Source of the DNA: Acidimicrobiales bacterium
GTDB taxonomy: Bacteria; Actinomycetota; Acidimicrobiia; Acidimicrobiales; VFJN01
Direction: 5' to 3'
Assembly: GCA_035265325.1 (NCBI GenBank)
Contig: DATFOS010000177.1
Coordinates: 14,581-78,580 of the forward strand
Length of the DNA: 64,000 nucleotides
The notes beneath the pieces were generated by a model. It did not search any database. It was given only the letters and a program-made list of their open reading frames with translations, and was not told the origin of the DNA. Within the stretch, counting starts at the first letter, position 1, and each line of letters opens with the position of its first letter. Below are positions 17,222 through 24,883 of the stretch, in pieces. The position numbers and the translations under genes are program-made.

Positions 17222-18571
17222 TCAGCCGGTGACGGCGTCGCCGGCGAGCACGAAGAACACGACGAGCAGGACGGCGAGGGCGCCGAGCCCCGGCAGCACC
17301 CCGATCGCGTCGGTCAGCGCGGCCCCCAACATCGCCGGCCCCGCGAGCGCGACCGCCCAGGTCGGCGGCACCCGCGGCCGCACGGCCTCGTCCCGGGCCG
17401 AGCGGCCGGGCGGGGGCACGTCGCCCCCCGGGCCCCGCTGCAGCGTGGGCCGGCGCTGGGCCGGGGCCACGACCCGCCGGTGGCGCAGGAGGACGGCGAG
17501 CAGCACGAGCGCGGTCCCCACCAGGATCGCCCCCAGGACGCCGGTGAGGAACCCGACGGCCGCGGCCACGACGAGCAGAATGGCGCCCGACAGCCGTGAC
17601 CGCACCCGCCGGTCGCGCGGGGCGGGGGTCGGCGCGCCGGCGATGCCCGCCCGCGGGGCGGCGGGGACCGTGCGGGCGTCCGCCGCCCGGGCGTCGGCCG
17701 GCCGCCGGGGCGTCGCGGGGACGGTCGTCCCGGGCCCGCGCCCCGGTGCGGGGTCTCCCCGGGTCGTCGCCTCCCACGGGTCGGGGCGTCCGGCCATGGC
17801 CTCGACGAGGACCGATGCCGGCGGGCGGGCGGCCGGGTCCGCCGCGGTGGCGGCCCGCACCCACGGCGCCAGCCAGTCCGGCGGGCCGTCGGGGGAGGCC
17901 CCCTGCGAGGCGTACGCCATCACCGCGCCCCACGACCACACGTCGGCGGCCGCCGTGGCCTCGCCCCGGGCCACCCGTTCGGGCGCCATCCACGTGGGCG
18001 TCCCCATGGCTGACCCGGCCTGCGTGACCGGCACGGCTCCCGGGAACCAGGCGATGCCGAAGTCGACCACGCGGGGCCCGTCGGGGCCGAGGACGACGTT
18101 GCGGGGCGTGAGGTCCCGGTGGACGACCCCGGCGGCGTGGATGGCGGCGAGCGCCTCGGCCATCGCGGCCCCGAGCGCCCGGAGCGCCGGGCCGGTCACG
18201 GGGCCGTGGCGGGCGACGTGGTCGGCCAGCGAGGGCCCGGCGACGTAGGCGGACGCCAGCCAGGGCCGGGGCGCGTCCGGGTCGGCGTCGAGCAGGGGCG
18301 CCACGTGCGGGCTCGCCACCCGCCGCAGGGCGGCCACCTCGCGGGCGAAGCGCGCCCGGGACGACGGGTCGGCCGCCAGCGTCGCCGCCAGCAGCTTGAC
18401 CGCCACCGGCCGGGGCGCCCCGCCGGCCGCACCGGTGGGGTCGTCGGCGCGCCACACCTCGCCCATCCCGCCCCGCCCGAGCAGCTCGACCAGCCGGTAC
18501 GGCCCGATGGCCTGCCCCGGCGCCGGCGTCCCGCCGCCCTCCGGCTCGCGGCCCGCGTGCCCGCTCGTCAC
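17222..18571 (-). CDS. Ser/Thr protein kinase with C-terminal membrane segments
   Basis: Kinase subdomains: LGRGGMGEVW, VAVKLL, HRDLTPRNVV, VDFG, GTPTWMAPE. The C-terminus has 2-3 hydrophobic helices. GTG at 18571 (alternative 18589) is the first plausible start; the track ORF extension to 19291 overlaps the opposite-strand EamA gene and is low-complexity. Confidence 0.85.
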   Translation of the reverse strand: MTSGHAGREPEGGGTPAPGQAIGPYRLVELLGRGGMGEVWRADDPTGAAGGAPRPVAVKLLAATLAADPSSRARFAREVAALRRVASPHVAPLLDADPDAPRPWLASAYVAGPSLADHVARHGPVTGPALRALGAAMAEALAAIHAAGVVHRDLTPRNVVLGPDGPRVVDFGIAWFPGAVPVTQAGSAMGTPTWMAPERVARGEATAAADVWSWGAVMAYASQGASPDGPPDWLAPWVRAATAADPAARPPASVLVEAMAGRPDPWEATTRGDPAPGRGPGTTVPATPRRPADARAADARTVPAAPRAGIAGAPTPAPRDRRVRSRLSGAILLVVAAAVGFLTGVLGAILVGTALVLLAVLLRHRRVVAPAQRRPTLQRGPGGDVPPPGRSARDEAVRPRVPPTWAVALAGPAMLGAALTDAIGVLPGLGALAVLLVVFFVLAGDAVTG

Positions 18572-18716
18572 CCCCGTAGCCTGCCGCACGGGCCGCGCAC
18601 CGACGCGGCAGCCCGTGTCGGCGGCCGTGGCCGGCGTCGCCCGCGTCGCCGGCCGACGGTAGTGGGCGGCCCCCCGCCGCGCCCGGGGCTGACAACGGGG
18701 GCGGCCGCGCACGAGG

Positions 18717-19853
18717 ATGGGGTCCGTGGACGATGCGGTGATCGGGCGCCGGGGTGGCGAGCTGGCGGGACTGGCGGCCGCCGTCTCGTTCGGGATCAGC
18801 GCGCCGCTGGCCGCCGCCCTGCTCGACGTCGCCGACCCCCAGCTCCTGGCCGGGCTGCTGTACCTGGGCGCCGCGCTGGCCCTCGCGGTGGGGTGGCGGG
18901 TGCGGCGGGCCCGCACCCGTCCCCTCGACCGGGCCGACCTGCCCGCGGTCGCCGTCGTGGCGTTGACCGGCGGGATCGTGGCACCGGTCCTCCTGCTCCT
19001 CGGCCTGGACCGGGTCGGCGGGCTCGGCGGCGCCCTCCTCCTCAGCCTCGAGACGCCGACCACGCTGCTCGTCGCCATCGCCGTGTTCGGCGAGCACCTC
19101 GACCGCCGCAGCATGCTCGGCAGCGCCGCCGTCATCGCCGGCGCCGGGCTGCTCGGCGGGGCGCCCGGCGAGGGCGGCACCGGCTGGGCCGGCGTCGGCC
19201 TCATCGCCGGCGCCGCCGTGCTGTGGGCTGTCGACAACAACGTCAGCCGGGACGTCGCCACCCGCTCGCCGCTGGCCCTCGTCACCACCAAGTGCGCCCT
19301 CGCCGCCGCCGTGAACCTGGCCGTCGCCGTCCTGCGCGGGGTGGCGTGGCCGGCGCCGGGCTACCTGGCCGGGGCGCTGGCGCTCGGGGCGGTGTCCTAC
19401 GGGGCATCGGTCCTGCTGGACGCCCACGCCCTCCGCCTCATCGGCGCCGCCCGGGAGGCCGCCCTCTTCGCCACCGCGCCGTTCGCCGGTGCCGCCCTGG
19501 CCGTAGCGATCGCCGGCCGCCTCCCGGCTCCGGTCGAGCTGGCGGCGATCGCCGCCATGGGCCTCGGGGTCGCGGCGCTGCTGACGGCGCACCACGAGCA
19601 CGACCACCACCACCCGGCCGAGGCGCACGACCACCTGCACCGCCACGACGACGGCCACCACGAGCACGCCCACGAGGACGGCGATGGCGCCGACCGCACC
19701 CGCACCGGCGCCCACTCCGGAACCGGCGCCCGTGGGCACCGCGGCCCTGCGTACGCGCCGGGCGGGGCGCACCGGCACCCGCACCGCCACGGCGCCCGGT
19801 CGCACCGCCACGCCCACGTGAGCGACCCCCACCACCATCACGACCACGCCTGA
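18717..19853 (+). CDS. EamA/DMT-family transporter with His-rich C-terminal tail
   Basis: 378 aa with ~10 TM helices in two EamA halves. The last ~85 aa are HHEHDHHHPAEAHDHLHRHDDGHHEHAHEDGDG...HRHPHRHGARSHRHAHVSDPHHHHDHA. Confidence 0.8.
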   Translation: MGSVDDAVIGRRGGELAGLAAAVSFGISAPLAAALLDVADPQLLAGLLYLGAALALAVGWRVRRARTRPLDRADLPAVAVVALTGGIVAPVLLLLGLDRVGGLGGALLLSLETPTTLLVAIAVFGEHLDRRSMLGSAAVIAGAGLLGGAPGEGGTGWAGVGLIAGAAVLWAVDNNVSRDVATRSPLALVTTKCALAAAVNLAVAVLRGVAWPAPGYLAGALALGAVSYGASVLLDAHALRLIGAAREAALFATAPFAGAALAVAIAGRLPAPVELAAIAAMGLGVAALLTAHHEHDHHHPAEAHDHLHRHDDGHHEHAHEDGDGADRTRTGAHSGTGARGHRGPAYAPGGAHRHPHRHGARSHRHAHVSDPHHHHDHA

Positions 19854-19930
19854 GCGCGGGCTCGGCGCCCCAGGGCGCGGCGTCCGGGGCGTTCAGCCGT
19901 CCGTCAGGGGCGGGGGCGCACGGTGACGGC

Positions 19931-20110
19931 ATGAAGACCGTTCCGTCGCTGCTCCGCTGGCCCGTGTTCCTGGCCCTGGCGGCGCTGCACCTCGCCGTGC
20001 TGCCGTTCGTCCTGGCCGAATCCGAGCAGGTGACCGTGTCCCTGCTGGCCGGCGCCGGCTACCTGGTCTTGGCCGCCGCCGACCGCCTCTGGCAGCGCAC
20101 GCCCGCCTGA
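19931..20110 (+). CDS. hypothetical small membrane protein (59 aa, two hydrophobic helices)
   Basis: ATG at 19931: MKTVPSLLRWPVFLALAALHLAVLPFVLAESEQVTVSLLAGAGYLVLAAADRLW. The composition is unlike the surrounding shadow frames. No family recognised and no clear SD. Confidence 0.35.
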   Translation: MKTVPSLLRWPVFLALAALHLAVLPFVLAESEQVTVSLLAGAGYLVLAAADRLWQRTPA

Positions 20111-20196
20111 CGACCCCACCCGCCCGGCCGGGCCCCGCCCCAGCAGGGACCCGGCCCGAGCGGGGGACCGTCAGTCCTGGTTGGGCAAACCCTGCA

Positions 20197-20829
20197 TCAG
20201 TGATCCCTTCCGGGGTCGGGGTGGGGTGCCGTGGCGACGGGGAACGTCACCGCGACGGCGGCGCCCGGTCCGGCGACCGAGCGGGCGCCGTCGAGCAGGA
20301 GCGTGGCGACCACAGAGGCCACCACTTCCGGGGGGTCGTCGGGTGCGCTCAGCGACCAGCTGACCAGCAGCCGGACGATCATGTCCGCCAGCCGCCGCCG
20401 CGTCATGGTGTCGAGGGACGGGAGGCGGTCGCCGACGATCGCCTCGATGGGAGCGCGGGCGACCGACAGCACCCGGGGGTCGTCGGAGGTCAGGAGGGGG
20501 ACGAGCCGTTCCGGCTCGGTGCGCACGACCCGGTCGAGCAGCGGGTGTTCCCGGGCCCGGCGCAGCGCCACCACGACGCCGGCGGCCAGCGCCTCCCCGG
20601 GGTCGGCGATGCCGGCCATCGTCGTGGTCACGGCCTCGACGGTGGCGGCCGTCTCCCGCCACACGGCGGCTGCGACCAGGGCGTCCTTGGTCGCGAAGTG
20701 CTTGTAGACCGTCGGGCGGGACAGCCCGGCCCGCTTGGCCACGTCCGCCACGGACAGCCGGCCGAGCCCGTGGATCGAGGCAACCTCGACGGTCGCCGAC
20801 AGGATCCGCTCCTCGGTCCCTTGCCCCAC
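20197..20829 (-). CDS. TetR/AcrR family transcriptional regulator
   Basis: 210 aa. N-terminal HTH ILSATVEVASIHGLGRLSVADVAKRAGLSRPTVYKHFATKDAL. Confidence 0.9.
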   Translation of the reverse strand: MGQGTEERILSATVEVASIHGLGRLSVADVAKRAGLSRPTVYKHFATKDALVAAAVWRETAATVEAVTTTMAGIADPGEALAAGVVVALRRAREHPLLDRVVRTEPERLVPLLTSDDPRVLSVARAPIEAIVGDRLPSLDTMTRRRLADMIVRLLVSWSLSAPDDPPEVVASVVATLLLDGARSVAGPGAAVAVTFPVATAPHPDPGRDH

Positions 20830-20924
20830 GGCGACGTTCTAACAGTTGAGGCCAAAGTGTCAAAGGGCGGGGCGGTAGGGAACTCGCTCGCGATCGGTGC
20901 CGCCGGACCGGTAGTCCTGGGGTC

Positions 20925-21413
20925 GTGCCGCCCCGCCGCGCCGTCGCCCTCGCCCTGGTCGCCGCCGCACTGGGTGTTGGCCATGCGCTGTTCAGCGCCT
21001 ACTGGGCGCTGGGCGGCACCGCTATGCTCGACACGATCGGCGGCTCGCTGGAGGAAGCGGGCCGCGACCGGGACCCGGACCTGATCGCCGGCCTGTGGGT
21101 CGTCGTGGTGGTGAAGCTCGTCGTGGCGGTGGCGGCCCCGATCCTCGTCGGCGTCGGCGCGGCGACGCTGCCGGCGTGGGCCCGCTCGCGGGTGCCCCGC
21201 CTGTTGGGCTGGGTCGCCGCCGTCGTCCTCGTGGTGTACGGCGGCGTGCTCACGCTGGTCGGCCTGCTGATCCAGGCGGGCGTCATCGAGGCCGCCGACG
21301 ACGCCGACCACCGCGCCATCGCCTGGCACGCCTACTTCTGGGACCCGTGGTTCCTGCTCTGGGGCCTCGCCTTCGCCGCCGGCCTGTGGCTCACCCGGCC
21401 CCCGCGGGACTGA
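20925..21413 (+). CDS. DUF3995-like membrane protein
   Basis: 162 aa with four hydrophobic helices. HALFSAYWALGGTAML and FWDPWFLLWG motifs are typical of DUF3995. Divergent from the TetR gene. Confidence 0.75.
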   Translation: MPPRRAVALALVAAALGVGHALFSAYWALGGTAMLDTIGGSLEEAGRDRDPDLIAGLWVVVVVKLVVAVAAPILVGVGAATLPAWARSRVPRLLGWVAAVVLVVYGGVLTLVGLLIQAGVIEAADDADHRAIAWHAYFWDPWFLLWGLAFAAGLWLTRPPRD

Positions 21414-21420
21414 GGCGCCG

Positions 21421-22215
21421 GTGGTCGACGCGATCTTCGCCGAGCCCCGGCTGGCCGCGGTGTACGACGCCTTGGACGGTGACCGGGACGACCTGGACGT
21501 GTACACCGCGCTGGTGGACGAGCTCGGCGCCCGGTCGGTGCTCGACATCGGGTGCGGGACCGGCACGTTCGCCTGCCTGCTGGCCCGGCGAGGGACGGAC
21601 GTGATCGGGTTGGACCCGGCCGAGGCGTCGCTGAACGTGGCCCGCCGGAAGCCCGGCGCCGACCGGGTCCGCTGGCTCGCCGGGGACGCGTCCGCGCCGG
21701 TCGCGACCGGGCCTCGGGCCGACGGTGGCACCGGGATCGATCTCGTGACGATGATCGGGAACGTGGCCCAGGTGTTCCTCGCCGACGAGGACTGGGCGGC
21801 GGCGCTCGCCACCGCCTCGGCCGCCCTCCGTCCCGGGGGCTGGCTGGCGTTCGAGGTACGCGACCCGGCGCGTCAGGCCTGGCGGGGGTGGGACCGGGCG
21901 CACGCGTACCGCCGCGCCCACGTCCCCGGGGTTGGCGACGTGGAGGCCTGGCCGGAGGTGACGGACGTCCGGCTGCCGCTCGTCTCGTTCCGCTGGACGG
22001 TCGTGTTCGCGGCCGACGGCGTGTCGCTGACCTCGGAGTCGACCCTGCGCTTCCGCTCCCGTGACGAGGTGGCCGCGTCGCTGGGCGCCGCCGGCTTCGC
22101 CCTCCACGAGGTGCGGGGCGCGCCCGACCGCCCCGGTGCCGAGTTCGTCTTCCTCGCCCACCGCTGGGTTCCCCCGCCGGGGGCCGCGGAGGAGGGGACA
22201 TCCGACGACGCGTGA
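21421..22215 (+). CDS. class I SAM-dependent methyltransferase
   Basis: 264 aa. Motif I VLDIGCGTGTFACLLARRGTDVIGLDPAEASL. LRPGGWLAFEV. Confidence 0.85.
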   Translation: MVDAIFAEPRLAAVYDALDGDRDDLDVYTALVDELGARSVLDIGCGTGTFACLLARRGTDVIGLDPAEASLNVARRKPGADRVRWLAGDASAPVATGPRADGGTGIDLVTMIGNVAQVFLADEDWAAALATASAALRPGGWLAFEVRDPARQAWRGWDRAHAYRRAHVPGVGDVEAWPEVTDVRLPLVSFRWTVVFAADGVSLTSESTLRFRSRDEVAASLGAAGFALHEVRGAPDRPGAEFVFLAHRWVPPPGAAEEGTSDDA

Positions 22216-22390
22216 GGCCCGCTACGGCGCTGGCCGTGGCGACCGTGCTCGGGCTGGCGGCGGGGCACCTGGCATGTGGGGGTGACACGGACGACGCCGG
22301 GGCCGGGCCGCAGGCGCGCTGATGCGGCCGGGTGCGGGCGTGTCAGCGGGGGCTCAGGGCGGCGTCAGCGGGTGGGACGACGATGCGGTC

Positions 22391-22555
22391 ATGCGGATCT
22401 CCACCAGCACCAGCAGCAGCACCCGGCGCCTCGCTCGGGGCGACGTCGTCTACCGGCTCGCCTCCGGCGGGACGGTCGTCGCCTCCAACCCGTCGGGTCG
22501 CCCGACCGGACGGTGGCGGCCACTCACCTCCACCCTCAGCCGCCGGCGCACCTGA
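22391..22555 (+). CDS. small basic protein, 54 aa, uncharacterised (paralogue of 6044-6211)
   Basis: MRISTSTSSSTRRLARGDVVYRLASGGTVVASNPSGRPTGRWRPLTSTLSRRRT. It shares RR[IL]...[ED]VVYR.ASGGT[LV][IV]A..PSG....R..RP with the other copy and is followed immediately by a hairpin. Confidence 0.5.
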   Translation: MRISTSTSSSTRRLARGDVVYRLASGGTVVASNPSGRPTGRWRPLTSTLSRRRT

Positions 22556-22556
22556 C

Positions 22557-22578
22557 CCGCCGGGGCCCGAGCCGGCGG
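22557..22578 (+). terminator. GC hairpin (CCGCCGG-ggcccgag-CCGGCGG) 2 nt after the stop of small ORF 22391-22555
   Basis: Read directly from the sequence: 7-bp stem, 8-nt loop. Confidence 0.3.
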
Positions 22579-22707
22579 TCGGTCACGTCGGCGACCGGGC
22601 CCGGCATGCCGCACCGGGGCCTGCTCCTCCCCTCTCTCGGCGCCCGGGCCGCGGCTACGCTCGCCGCCGGCCCAGCGTTGCGGACCCACGAGCCCGGAGG
22701 CCCCACG

Positions 22708-23634
22708 GTGACCCGCGAGGACGTGAGGAGCGACGAGCCCACGGGTGACGTTGCCGGCGCCGGCGCTGTCGCCACCCCGCCGGACGCCGGCCTGCTGAAC
22801 CTCAAGCAGGTCGCCCGCGCCCTCGACGTCCACTACATGACGGCCTACCGGTACGTCCGCCAGGGGCGGCTGCCGGCGGTGCGGTCGGGCAACGTGTGGC
22901 TGGTCGACCCCAACGACGTCGCCGCACTGGCGAGCGCTGGGCGCGGCGGCGCCGGCAGCGCCCCCACCACGGCGCCGGCGGCCGACTGGGCGGCGCGGTT
23001 CGGCGAGCGGCTTCTGGCCGGCGACGAGGTGGGGGCCTGGACGGTGGTGTCCCGGGCGCTGGCCAGCGGCCACACCCCGCAGCGCTGCTACCTCGAGCTG
23101 ATCAGCGGGTCGATGGCCGCCATCGGCGAGGACGTGGCCGCCGGCCGGCTGTCGGTGGCGGACCAGTACGTCGCCACCGCCACCGCTCAGCGCGTCGGGG
23201 CCCGGCTCGGGGCCCGGTTCCGCCGGCGGGGCCGATCCCGGGGGACGGTCGTGCTCGGCGCCCCCGCCGGCGAGCGCCACGCCCTGCCGATCGCCGTGGT
23301 CGCCGACCTGGCCCGCCTGGCCGGGTTCACGGTCGTGGAACTGGGCGCCGACGTCCCGCCGGAGGCGTTCGGCCTGGCGGCGGAGCGGGCCGAGCGGCTG
23401 GTGGCCGTAGGCATCGGCGTGACCACCGTCGACCACCTCGACGCCGCCCGGGCCGCCGTGGACGCCGTCGAGAGGGCCGCCCCCGGGGCGCCCGTGGTCA
23501 TGGGCGGCCAGGCCGTCCGCAACCCCGAGGTCGCCGGCCTGTTGGGCGTCCACGAGTGGGCGGCCGACGGTGCCGCCCTCGTCACCGCCCTCGACCGCCT
23601 GGCCGCCGACCGGGCCTCGCCCACCGGGCGCTAG
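22708..23634 (+). CDS. DNA-binding (excisionase/MerR-type HTH) protein fused to a cobalamin (B12)-binding domain; CarH/LitR-like architecture
   Basis: GTG at 22708 with GGAGG at 22696-22700. HTH LLNLKQVARALDVHYMTAYRYVRQGRLPAVRSGNVWLV. A helical B12-binding-2-like segment (YLELISGSMAAIGEDVAAGRLSVADQYVAT). Rossmann B12 domain VVLGAPAGERHALPIAVVADLARLAGFTVVELGADVPPE (E-x-H variant of DxHxxG). Confidence 0.8.
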   Translation: MTREDVRSDEPTGDVAGAGAVATPPDAGLLNLKQVARALDVHYMTAYRYVRQGRLPAVRSGNVWLVDPNDVAALASAGRGGAGSAPTTAPAADWAARFGERLLAGDEVGAWTVVSRALASGHTPQRCYLELISGSMAAIGEDVAAGRLSVADQYVATATAQRVGARLGARFRRRGRSRGTVVLGAPAGERHALPIAVVADLARLAGFTVVELGADVPPEAFGLAAERAERLVAVGIGVTTVDHLDAARAAVDAVERAAPGAPVVMGGQAVRNPEVAGLLGVHEWAADGAALVTALDRLAADRASPTGR

Positions 23635-23705
23635 GCCGGCACGGGCGCTAGCCCAGCCCGGGCCTCGCCCACCGGGCGCTAGCCCAGCACGGGGGCTAGC
23701 CCACC
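23611..23705. repeat. 47/48-nt tandem duplication (23611-23657, 23659-23705) built from four CACSGGGSGCTAGSCCA sub-units
   Basis: Copy 1: CGGGCCTCGCCCACCGGGCGCTAGGCCGGCACGGGCGCTAGCCCAGC. Copy 2: CGGGCCTCGCCCACCGGGCGCTAGCCCAGCACGGGGGCTAGCCCACC. The stop codons of both convergent genes (TAG 23632-23634 on +; CTA 23696-23698 on -) lie in CTAG cores of the repeat. Confidence 0.85.
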
Positions 23706-24610
23706 AGGGTGTTCAGGAGCTCGCGGGTGCGGCGGCGGGAGGCCGACCGGTCGTCGCCGACCGCGAACGGGGCCGCCCACACGTCGGTGGCGCCGGCCTC
23801 GAACAACGCCTCGACCTGCGCCGTCACCGACGCCTCGTCACCCACGACGGCGGCGTCGGCCGGCCCGCCCGCCCCGCCGATGTCGAGGATGCGGCGGTAG
23901 TTGACCAGCGTGCCGTACATGGCGAACTGCCGGGCGGCGGCGTCGCGGCCCGCCGCTTCGTCGTCGACGACCGCCACCGGCAGGCCGGCGACGATGCGGG
24001 GCGCCGGGCGGCCCGCCGCCTCGGCCGCCGCCCGCAGGCGCGGGGCCACGTGCGCCGAGATGGCCTTGGCGTTGGCCATCCAGAGGATCGTCCCATCGGT
24101 GTGCGTCCCCGCCACCCGCAGCAGCCGAGGCGCCAGCGCCGAGACCATCAGCGAGACCGGGTACGGCGGCGGGGTGCCGCGGCCGAACGAGTGGACCCGG
24201 AAGTCCTCGCCGGTGAACGCCACCTCCTCGCCGCGCAGCATCGGAGCCAGGACCGAGACGTACTCCTCGGTGTGGCGCCCCGGGTGCGAGAAGTCGAGGC
24301 CGAGGACGTCCTCGATGACCGGCTGGTGCGAGGGGCCGATGCCGAGCGTCAGGCCGGGGCGGCCCATGGCGGCGACGACGGACGCGGCCCGGTTCGCCAT
24401 CAGGAACGGGTGGGCGGTGTAGGTCTGCAGGACGGACGTGCCGAGCTCGATGCGGGTCGTCGCCCGCCCGGCGAGGGCCATCGCCACCAGGGGGTCGCCG
24501 CTGGTGGCGCTGGCGTACCAGAGCGACGTGTACCCGTCGGCCTCGGCCCGCACGGCCTGCTCGATCATCTTGTCGACGCTGGACGCGCCCCCCGACAACC
24601 CGATGCGCAT
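23696..24610 (-). CDS. LLM-class F420-dependent oxidoreductase (luciferase-like monooxygenase family)
   Basis: ATG at 24610. 304 aa: MRIGLSGGASSVDKMIEQAVRAEADGYTSLWYASA...LGTSVLQTYTAHP...LGIGPSH...AGTHTDGTILWMA, typical of the TIGR03564-like F420 LLM group. The remaining 800 aa of the track ORF are shadow. Confidence 0.9.
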   Translation of the reverse strand: MRIGLSGGASSVDKMIEQAVRAEADGYTSLWYASATSGDPLVAMALAGRATTRIELGTSVLQTYTAHPFLMANRAASVVAAMGRPGLTLGIGPSHQPVIEDVLGLDFSHPGRHTEEYVSVLAPMLRGEEVAFTGEDFRVHSFGRGTPPPYPVSLMVSALAPRLLRVAGTHTDGTILWMANAKAISAHVAPRLRAAAEAAGRPAPRIVAGLPVAVVDDEAAGRDAAARQFAMYGTLVNYRRILDIGGAGGPADAAVVGDEASVTAQVEALFEAGATDVWAAPFAVGDDRSASRRRTRELLNTLVG

Positions 24611-24883
24611 GGCCGGGACGCTACCGGCGGACGGCGCCCTCTGGTGACGATCTGTCACAACGGGCGGCAGACACTCGGCGGGACGGGCTACGGTCCGTCC
24701 GGAAAGTGACGCCGCGTAACCGACGCCGGGGATGCCGTCGGCCGGGGCACCCATCGGCGCCACCGATGGGAGGGGGTTCGGACTTGTGCGCCTGCGGTTC
24801 GGAAGCGCGAGACTTGAACCAGGGTCAATCCGTAGGGGGAGCGCGCTGCGGCCCGCCAGGGGAACCACGACCAGGGGGAACGA

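Noticed and set aside
17202-19847. 881-aa minus ORF and the 18572-19291 extension of the kinase ORF
   Set aside because: Low-complexity translation overlapping the opposite-strand EamA transporter. The kinase domain begins just after GTG 18571.
24770-24830. tRNA-like fragment (GGGGGTTCGGACTT ... GACTTGAACC)
   Set aside because: The T-loop consensus GGTTCGAATCC is not met, and no acceptor or anticodon stems can be drawn. I found no tRNA, rRNA or CRISPR repeats anywhere in the window.
24611-24883. Guanidine (ykkC / mini-ykkC / ykkC-III), glycine or ydaO riboswitch upstream of the ABC importer
   Set aside because: I could not find the conserved cores by eye (e.g. paired ACGR loops, GGUCCGAGAG...GGGA, or tandem glycine aptamer motifs). 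Only generic hairpins are present, so it is kept as a low-interest leader.
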